Part shown: positions 57,717 through 64,000 of the stretch, in pieces
Layout: each line of letters starts with the position of its first letter
Position numbering within the stretch: position 1 is the first letter of the stretch
Source: an uncultured Vagococcus sp.
Lineage (GTDB): Bacteria > Bacillota > Bacilli > Lactobacillales > Vagococcaceae
Direction of reading: 5' to 3'
DNA length: 64,000 nucleotides
NCBI GenBank assembly: GCA_963517295.1
Contig: CAUQFM010000002.1
Span: forward strand, 1,735-65,734
Translations under genes and position numbers: made by a program
The notes under the pieces: generated by a model
What the model was told of the DNA's origin: nothing
Database searches by the model: none
The model's input: the letters and a program-made list of their open reading frames with translations, nothing else

Positions 57717-57738
57717 AATAAAAAAGGGAGTGACAAAC

Positions 57739-59694
57739 ATGGGAAAGTATCAAAAAGAAGCTCAAGATTTACTTAAATTTATTGGTGGTAAAGAAAATAT
57801 TGCTGCAGTTAGTCATTGTGCCACTCGTATGCGTTTTGTTTTAAACGATCCTAGTAAAGCGGATCAAGACAAAATTGATGATATTCCAGTTGTAAAGGGA
57901 ATGTTCACCAATGCTGGACAATTTCAAGTTATTATCGGAAATGATGTTCCTGTATTCTTTAATGATTTTTCAGCCGTTTCTGGAATTTCAGGTGTTTCAA
58001 AAGATGCTGGGAAAGAGGCAGCCAAACAAAACTTAAACATGGTTCAACGTGCAGTCTCTGTCTTAGCAGAAGTCTTTGCCCCTATTATTCCTGCAATTAT
58101 TATTGGTGGTTTGATTCTTGGTTTTAGAAATTTAATGGATGGCGTTCCAATTAATGCTTTCGGTGGTCAAACGATTATTGAACACTCTCAATTTTGGGCT
58201 GGAGTTCATGGTTTCTTATGGTTAATCGGTGAAGCTATCTTCCATTTCCTACCTGTTGGGATCACATGGAGTATCGCTAAAAAAATGGGAACCACTCAAA
58301 TTTTAGGAATTGTTCTAGGGATTACCTTAGTTTCCCCACAATTACTAAACGCTTATGGAGTTGCCTCAACTGCTGCAGCTGATATTCCCGTTTGGGATTT
58401 TGGTTTTGCACAAGTTCAAATGATTGGCTATCAAGCACAAGTTATTCCAGCCATGTTAGCAGGATTCATGTTAGCTTATCTAGAAATTTTCTTTAGAAAA
58501 TACATACCACAATCAATCTCAATGATTTTTGTTCCTTTTCTTTCATTAGTACCAACTGTTTTAGCCGCACATGTTATCTTAGGACCTATTGGTTGGGCAA
58601 TTGGTAGTCAAATTACTAATGTCGTTTCTATGGCAATTGACTCAAACTTCTCTTGGTTATTTGGTATCATTTACGGAACATTCTATGCACCACTTGTTAT
58701 CACCGGTTTACATCACTTGATGTTAACAATTGATTTACAAATGGTTGCCGATCTTGGTTATACAACACTTTGGCCAATGGTAGCTTTATCTAATATTGCT
58801 CAAGGTTCTGCCGTATTAGCAGTCATTTACTTACATAGAGGAAATCAAAAAGAAGAGCAAGTTTCTATTCCATCAACTATCTCAGCCTACTTAGGTGTAA
58901 CAGAACCTGCTATGTTTGGGATTAACTTAAAATACTTATACCCATTCGTTGCTGCCATGATTGGTTCTGGAATTGCTGGTTGTTACATCACAGTTATGAA
59001 CGTTAAAGCAATGGGCGTTGGTATTGGCGGTTTACCTGGTATCATCTCAATTCAAGCTGGTTCTCAATTGAACTTCGCTATTGGTATGTTAATCGTTATC
59101 GTTGTCCCATTTGTACTGACTATTTTCTTTAGACAACATGGTATTTTAAACAAATTAGATCCTGTCGGTGGTGTCATCGATGCACCGAGCATTGTAGATG
59201 AAGAACCAACTATTAACTCAGAAGTTGCTGAAGTTGGAACTGAAATTTTTTACGCACCAGTAAATGGTACTTGTATCTCAATTTCAGAAGTACCAGATCC
59301 AGTATTCTCACAAAAAATGATGGGTGACGGATTTGCTATTAAACCAACTGATACTCATGTATACTCACCTGTTGAAGGTAAAGTAACTAATATTTTTAAT
59401 ACAAAACATGCTGTTGGAATTACATCTACATTAGGTATCGAAGTATTAGTTCATATGGGATTAGATACAGTTGAACTAGCTGGTGAACCTTTTGATGTAA
59501 AAGTTTCTGAAGGTGATAACGTTACAATGAACACTCTTATTGCCACAATGGATTTAGATGCTGTTGTAAGTGCAGGTAAGAAAACTGACATTATTGTTGC
59601 TTTAACAAACGTTGATAAAGCACCTCTAATGACACTAAACAAAACAAGCACAGTCACTCACTCTGAGGTTATTGGAGAGGCAGACGTTCTTTAA
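57739..59694 (+). CDS. treB: PTS trehalose-specific EIIBCA component
   Basis: EIIB CATRMRF, a polytopic EIIC, and C-terminal EIIA (GDGFAIKP...HAVGI...VLVHMGLDTV). ATG 57739 lies 8 nt after AAGGGAG. Confidence 0.9.
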   Translation: MGKYQKEAQDLLKFIGGKENIAAVSHCATRMRFVLNDPSKADQDKIDDIPVVKGMFTNAGQFQVIIGNDVPVFFNDFSAVSGISGVSKDAGKEAAKQNLNMVQRAVSVLAEVFAPIIPAIIIGGLILGFRNLMDGVPINAFGGQTIIEHSQFWAGVHGFLWLIGEAIFHFLPVGITWSIAKKMGTTQILGIVLGITLVSPQLLNAYGVASTAAADIPVWDFGFAQVQMIGYQAQVIPAMLAGFMLAYLEIFFRKYIPQSISMIFVPFLSLVPTVLAAHVILGPIGWAIGSQITNVVSMAIDSNFSWLFGIIYGTFYAPLVITGLHHLMLTIDLQMVADLGYTTLWPMVALSNIAQGSAVLAVIYLHRGNQKEEQVSIPSTISAYLGVTEPAMFGINLKYLYPFVAAMIGSGIAGCYITVMNVKAMGVGIGGLPGIISIQAGSQLNFAIGMLIVIVVPFVLTIFFRQHGILNKLDPVGGVIDAPSIVDEEPTINSEVAEVGTEIFYAPVNGTCISISEVPDPVFSQKMMGDGFAIKPTDTHVYSPVEGKVTNIFNTKHAVGITSTLGIEVLVHMGLDTVELAGEPFDVKVSEGDNVTMNTLIATMDLDAVVSAGKKTDIIVALTNVDKAPLMTLNKTSTVTHSEVIGEADVL

Positions 59695-59713
59695 TAATCC
59701 ATATCAAGTATAG

Positions 59714-59763
59714 AAAAAAAGCTGAACCAGAACTTTTAAACAGTTCTGGTTCAGCTTTTTTCT
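59714..59763. terminator. Bidirectional intrinsic terminator between treB and the LPXTG gene
   Basis: Perfect 15-bp stem AGCTGAACCAGAACT / AGTTCTGGTTCAGCT flanked by A7 and T6. Confidence 0.85.
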
Positions 59764-59770
59764 ATATTTT

Positions 59771-61765
59771 TTACAGTTCTTCTTTTCTTAATTTCAGTAT
59801 AAGAACAACGCCTATTCCTATGACTAGAGAAATCCCACCCACGAAGAGTTTCATGTTTTCCTTCGTTCCTGTTTGAGGGAGTGTTTTCTTTTGAGTGACA
59901 GGATATGTTTTCTTCGTTGTTTTTGTTGTAGGTTTAACAACAGCCTTAGTTTTTTGTTTCACTGTAATCGTTGCTGTTTCAGATTTATCACCTAAAGTAT
60001 AGACAACTTTATAATCACCAGGTTTAGTTGTATCAACAGTGCCTTTTACTTTGATATCTTTTGAAACATCTTTCCAAGTTTGATCTATACCATTTGATAA
60101 TCTGGCACTAACAAAGTTATCTTTGGCTTCCCATTTACTACCATAATCAAGGCTTGTATTTTTTAATGAAATACTTTGAACTTTAATAACTTCCATGTCT
60201 TTAACTGTCACTTTAGCTACTGCTTCTTTATCTTCATATTTATAAGTTATTTTGTAAGTTCCAGCCTTTTGATTATCCACTTTTCCTGTCACTTTAATAT
60301 CTTTTGAAACATCTTTCCATAATCGTTTTGTTCCATCTGACATTAATACGTGATTAAAGTTATCTTTGGCTTCCCATTTAGTCCCTCTTGGTAAATTAGT
60401 ATCTTTAACAGAAACCTCTTGGGTCTTAATCGCTTCTTGAGCTTTAATATTGATTGTTGCTGTGGCTGATTTATCTTCATAAGTATAAACAACTTTATAG
60501 GTACCAGCTTTTTTCGTATTAACATCACCTTTAATTTTTAAGTCTTTCTCAACTGCTTTAAAGTCACGTTTTGTGCCATCTGACATCAAAACATAATTGA
60601 AATTGTCTTTGGCTTGCCACTTAGCATTTAATTCTAGTGTACTATCTTTTACGATAACTTCTTGAACTTTCACGACTTCTTGAGCTTTCACATTAATTGC
60701 TGCTGTTGCTTCTTTACCACCATAGCTATAAGTCACTTTATAAGTATTAGGTTTAGTTGTATCAACAGCACCCTTAACAACAACATCTTTCCCAATTTCA
60801 GCCCAGGTTTGCTTTTGACCATTTGAAAGTAGAACATAGTCAAAATTATCTTTGGCTTCCCATTTAGCATTCGCATCTAAGGTACTATCTTTGACTTTTA
60901 TTTCTTGAACAGTAATAATTTCTTTGGTTTCAACTGTCACTGTGATTGTTTGTTTCAAATTACCATACTGATAAGTAACGTCATAGTTACCTGCTTTTGT
61001 TGTATCAACTCCACCACTAACGACTAAATCTTTAACTACTTGGTTCCAATTTAGAATCGTACTATCTGACATAAACACACCTTGGAAATTCATATCTGGT
61101 GACCATTTATCACCAACCTTCAAGGTACTATTCATAACTTTCAATTCAGTCGGCTCAACTTTTTTAGTAACGACTGTCACTGTAGAAACTGCTTTTAAGG
61201 TGCCACTTGTAAAAGTTACATTGTAAGTTCCAGGTTGATTAGTATTAACTAAATTTTCGACTTTTACTAAATTCAAGACATCATTATAACCAAGAACCTT
61301 ACCATCTGTCGTTATAGCTGAGTCAAATGATTGTGATACATCAAAATTTTGACCTTGTGTAATTGTCACGTTTTTAGCCTTAATTTCTTTTAAAGCGATT
61401 TTAGGTTTTGGCTTTTCTATCACTTCAATTGAGGCTGTTTTAGGAATCTTATTCCAAGTATAAGTTACTGGGTAGGTTCCTACTTTAGTTGTGTCGACAG
61501 ATCCTTTAATCGCCACATTTTTACTAATATCTTTCCATGCCATATTTTTACCCGCATCATCCGTTGCTGAAACAAAATTTAAATCTGTGGACCACTTATC
61601 TCCTACAATAACTTGGCTATTCTTGACCACAAGTGATGTTTTCACTTCTTTTTTTGTTACATTATTAACTTTCTTAGGAGCTGTAGCAGCTAGAGACACA
61701 ACAGGAGAAACAAAAGACAAAAGATACAACGCAACAACAGCTAATCTAAATTTTTTCATTTTCAC
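59771..61765 (-). CDS. LPXTG-anchored surface protein with seven Big_3-like ~81-aa repeats
   Basis: Signal peptide (MKMKKFRLAVVALYLLSF...), 7 repeats (KW.AKDNF...DGTK...G.VDT.K.GTYKVTY), LPQTG (nt 59867-59881), then a TM helix and a KLRKEEL tail. Confidence 0.88.
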   Translation of the reverse strand: MKMKKFRLAVVALYLLSFVSPVVSLAATAPKKVNNVTKKEVKTSLVVKNSQVIVGDKWSTDLNFVSATDDAGKNMAWKDISKNVAIKGSVDTTKVGTYPVTYTWNKIPKTASIEVIEKPKPKIALKEIKAKNVTITQGQNFDVSQSFDSAITTDGKVLGYNDVLNLVKVENLVNTNQPGTYNVTFTSGTLKAVSTVTVVTKKVEPTELKVMNSTLKVGDKWSPDMNFQGVFMSDSTILNWNQVVKDLVVSGGVDTTKAGNYDVTYQYGNLKQTITVTVETKEIITVQEIKVKDSTLDANAKWEAKDNFDYVLLSNGQKQTWAEIGKDVVVKGAVDTTKPNTYKVTYSYGGKEATAAINVKAQEVVKVQEVIVKDSTLELNAKWQAKDNFNYVLMSDGTKRDFKAVEKDLKIKGDVNTKKAGTYKVVYTYEDKSATATINIKAQEAIKTQEVSVKDTNLPRGTKWEAKDNFNHVLMSDGTKRLWKDVSKDIKVTGKVDNQKAGTYKITYKYEDKEAVAKVTVKDMEVIKVQSISLKNTSLDYGSKWEAKDNFVSARLSNGIDQTWKDVSKDIKVKGTVDTTKPGDYKVVYTLGDKSETATITVKQKTKAVVKPTTKTTKKTYPVTQKKTLPQTGTKENMKLFVGGISLVIGIGVVLILKLRKEEL
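59951..61645 (-). repeat. Intragenic tandem repeats encoding seven Big_3-like modules
   Basis: The last four units have an exact 243-nt (81-aa) period. Shared DNA strings recur at ~60120, 60360, 60600 and 60845, e.g. the minus-strand complement of TATCTTTGGCTTCCCATTTAG. Confidence 0.85.
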
Positions 61766-61809
61766 TCACCCTTTCTTCTGTATGAAACATTCTGTTTATA
61801 CATACATCC

Positions 61810-61838
61810 TAACATGTTTTGTAACATTTTTGTAACAT
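61810..61838 (-). promoter_or_regulatory. Three phased ATGTTA(C) direct repeats upstream of the LPXTG gene
   Basis: Minus-strand ATGTTACAAAAATGTTACAAAACATGTTAGG with 11-12-bp spacing. Overlaps a TTACAA -35-like hexamer, 18 nt from TATAAA. Confidence 0.35.
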
Positions 61839-61884
61839 TTATCTGAAATTTCACTCATTTTTTTTGAATTGGTCTATATAATTA

Positions 61885-62724
61885 TTACTTTCTACCAAAT
61901 GTTTCCCATGCTGGAAAACTAGTTTCTTTTGACGTTTTTTTAATAACTTTTTTTGTTTCTTCTGTCTGATAAGCATCTACAATCTTTTGATACACTTTAT
62001 TATTTTCATCTTCTTTTCTAGCAACAATAATATTCACATAAGGCTTTGATTTTTCATCAACAGGTTCTTCAAAAATTGCATCTTTATGAGGATTAAGCCC
62101 TGAATCCACAGCTACACCACTATTTATAACCGATAACTCAACATCTTGTAGCGCTCTTGCTGTTTGTGCAGCATCTAATTCTGTAATTTTTAATTTCTTT
62201 TTATTTTCTGTGATATCTGAAACAGTTGGTGCTTGACCTTTACTTGGATCAACTTTTATTAAATCTCCTGTCTGTAGTAATAATAATGCTCGTCCACCAT
62301 TTGTTACGTCATTTGGTATAGATATTTCGGATCCCTCTTTGAGTTCTTTAAGATCTTTAATTTTTTCAGAGTAAATCCCCATCGGAGCATTCACCGTATT
62401 TCCTATGGATACTAAATCAGTCTTATGTTCTTTATTGTAATTATCTAAGAAAAATTGATGCTGAAATGAATTTAAATCAATTGATCCATCTGCCAAAGCC
62501 CCATTAGGTTGATTGTAATCACTAAATTTAACATACTCTAACTTGATTCCATCCTTCTTTAAGCGACTTTGTACATCGTCCCAAATATCTGTATCCGCAC
62601 CAATCACGCCTAATTTAACAGTTTTTTGCTCTTCTTTACTTTCTTTAGTATCTCCTTTGGTACATCCTGCTGCGAATCCTGTAATAGCTAATAAGATTAA
62701 ACTTGCTTTTAATATTTTTTTCAT
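61885..62724 (-). CDS. metQ: MetQ/NlpA-family methionine-binding lipoprotein
   Basis: Lipobox LAITGFAAGC; NlpA fold motifs (KLGV..., DLNSFQH). Confidence 0.88.
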   Translation of the reverse strand: MKKILKASLILLAITGFAAGCTKGDTKESKEEQKTVKLGVIGADTDIWDDVQSRLKKDGIKLEYVKFSDYNQPNGALADGSIDLNSFQHQFFLDNYNKEHKTDLVSIGNTVNAPMGIYSEKIKDLKELKEGSEISIPNDVTNGGRALLLLQTGDLIKVDPSKGQAPTVSDITENKKKLKITELDAAQTARALQDVELSVINSGVAVDSGLNPHKDAIFEEPVDEKSKPYVNIIVARKEDENNKVYQKIVDAYQTEETKKVIKKTSKETSFPAWETFGRK

Positions 62725-62739
62725 GGTATTTACCCCTTT

Positions 62740-63420
62740 TTAATGACTAATTTTTTTTATTATTTTATTGCTTGCCCATTGACTTGTAAAAACTAAAACT
62801 AGAATTAATAATGTCGAAACTACCGTAATGTCTGTTTGAAATCTATTATATCCCCTTGTTACAGCTAGATTACCTAAACCACCTGCTCCAACTGCACCCG
62901 CCATCGCTGTAAACCCAATCACATTAATGACGGTTACAGCAGACACTCGAACAATACCTGGTAAGCCTTCGATTAAATAAACTCTAAATAAAATACCAGT
63001 TGGTGAAGTTCCCATAGATTCAGCCGCTTCAATGACCCCTGGATCAACTTCTAAAAGAGTGTTCTCGATTTGGCGAGCATAGAAAGGAACTACCCCAATG
63101 ATTAGTGGTACTAAGGCGGCGGTTTCCCCAATGGTTGTTCCTACGATGAAACGTGTCACAACACCCAGTAAAGTGAGTAAAATGATAAAAGGAATTGACC
63201 TCACTGTATTGATTATTTTATCTAATATATTATAGAGCCAATTATTTTTAAGAAAACCATTTGGACCGATGATGATTAATAATAAACCAAGTAGTATTCC
63301 TAAAATACCAGCAATTAAGGTTGTCCAAAAAACCATATAAACCGTTTGAATCGTTGCTTCTAAAAATTCATTCGGTATTTTTGAGGCGTTAGGTAGTAAG
63401 TTTTGAATGCTCGCTTTCAT
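62740..63420 (-). CDS. metI: Methionine ABC transporter permease
   Basis: 226 aa with 5 TM helices and the EAA-type loop EAAESMG. Confidence 0.9.
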   Translation of the reverse strand: MKASIQNLLPNASKIPNEFLEATIQTVYMVFWTTLIAGILGILLGLLLIIIGPNGFLKNNWLYNILDKIINTVRSIPFIILLTLLGVVTRFIVGTTIGETAALVPLIIGVVPFYARQIENTLLEVDPGVIEAAESMGTSPTGILFRVYLIEGLPGIVRVSAVTVINVIGFTAMAGAVGAGGLGNLAVTRGYNRFQTDITVVSTLLILVLVFTSQWASNKIIKKISH

Positions 63421-64000
63421 TAAAATCCTCCTTCTACTAAAGAAATAATTTGTTTTTCCTTAGTTTGTTTGATTGCCTTAACTTTAACTTCCTTCTTTTC
63501 TAGATAACTCAAAGCTTTATTTCTTTGCGTACTATTTCCTTTTAAATTTACAATTAAGTGACCGATTGGTGTTTCTTGAATGATTTCAATATTGCCATAG
63601 AGAATATTTGTTTTAACTTGGAACTTACTGTATAAATCAGCAATTAATGGTTCCGCTGTTTGATTGCCCACATAAGAAAATTCTACTAATTCTTCATCTA
63701 GTGCTAAACTAGATAAAACTGGATGAGTTAGAATTGTTTCTAAAGCCTGATCCACATGAGTTGCTGTTTTAATAAAATCTTGCGTTAACTTTTTTTCTGG
63801 ATTGCTAAATAGATTAATTGTCGTTTTCTCTTCGATTACTTTTCCATTTTCCATGACCGCAACTCTATGACAAATATTTTTAACGACTTGCATTTCATGA
63901 GTAATTAAAACAATTGTTAGATTTAATTTTTTATTGAGCTCTTGTAATAAATCTAAAATTTGACTAGTTGTTTTGGGATCTAGCGCACTCGTTGCTTCAT
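63420..64000 (-). CDS. metN: Methionine ABC transporter ATP-binding protein (5' end outside window)
   Basis: The frame stays open past ORF-track M63893 to the window edge. It encodes (D)EATSALDPKTT...LTIVLITHEM (Walker B / H-loop) and the C-terminal NIL domain. Confidence 0.9.
   Translation of the reverse strand, partial: EATSALDPKTTSQILDLLQELNKKLNLTIVLITHEMQVVKNICHRVAVMENGKVIEEKTTINLFSNPEKKLTQDFIKTATHVDQALETILTHPVLSSLALDEELVEFSYVGNQTAEPLIADLYSKFQVKTNILYGNIEIIQETPIGHLIVNLKGNSTQRNKALSYLEKKEVKVKAIKQTKEKQIISLVEGGF

Noticed and set aside
1-64000. Scan for CRISPR arrays, tRNA/rRNA genes, IS elements, integrases, prophage or toxin-antitoxin modules
   Set aside because: None found. There are no regularly spaced direct repeats outside the LPXTG gene, no transposase- or recombinase-like ORFs, and no cloverleaf-like or rRNA-like segments in the intergenic regions inspected by eye.

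Overview
The window is a low-GC, Firmicutes-type (Lactobacillales-like) chromosomal segment. It is densely coding, mostly on the minus strand. I found no rRNA, tRNA, CRISPR, transposase, integrase or phage genes. All calls come from reading the translations and sequence motifs; no searches were run.

Gene blocks, left to right:
- **1-5.2 kb:** membrane protein, then the lower mevalonate pathway operon mvk-mvaD-mvaK2-fni.
- **5.2-6.3 kb:** XRE regulator / DUF2975-like pair plus a small membrane protein.
- **6.4-12.4 kb:** the conserved yqeG-yqeH-yhbY-nadD-yqeK-rsfS-methyltransferase ribosome/NAD block, followed by tmcAL and a DsrE-like gene.
- **12.6-25.8 kb:** a full de novo purine cluster. 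It is split into purEKB and purCSQLFMNHD by a small, autonomously transcribed ORF.
- **25.9-29.2 kb:** FGGY sugar kinase, then an operon of an alpha/beta hydrolase and two half-size DMT membrane proteins.
- **29.3-48.0 kb:** a histidine-utilisation island of the formiminoglutamate/tetrahydrofolate type (hutH, hutU, hutI, glutamate formimidoyltransferase, cyclodeaminase, fhs, hutD, permease, gltS). It is interrupted by hisS, a YitT-like gene and a lipid-kinase-like gene. One side is bordered by a 1012-aa SARP/BTAD + P-loop + TPR (STAND-type) regulator; the other, across a 660-bp AT-rich spacer, by an orphan GlmL/MutL-like ASKHA ATPase.
- **50.1-52.6 kb:** LacI regulator plus GH4 6-phospho-beta-glucosidase cassette.
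- **52.7-54.0 kb:** APC permease.
- **54.1-59.7 kb:** trehalose locus (treR, GH65 phosphorylase, PTS IIBCA).
- **59.8-61.8 kb:** LPXTG surface protein with seven 81-aa repeats.
- **61.9-64.0 kb:** metQ-metI-metN (metN truncated by the window).

The most interesting unexplained content is the regulatory logic of the hut island. It has no HutP or HutC regulator. It does have the STAND/SARP-like regulator, 11-bp-phased direct repeats at the hutU promoter, a recurring GGATAG-type box, and the orphan GlmL-like gene.
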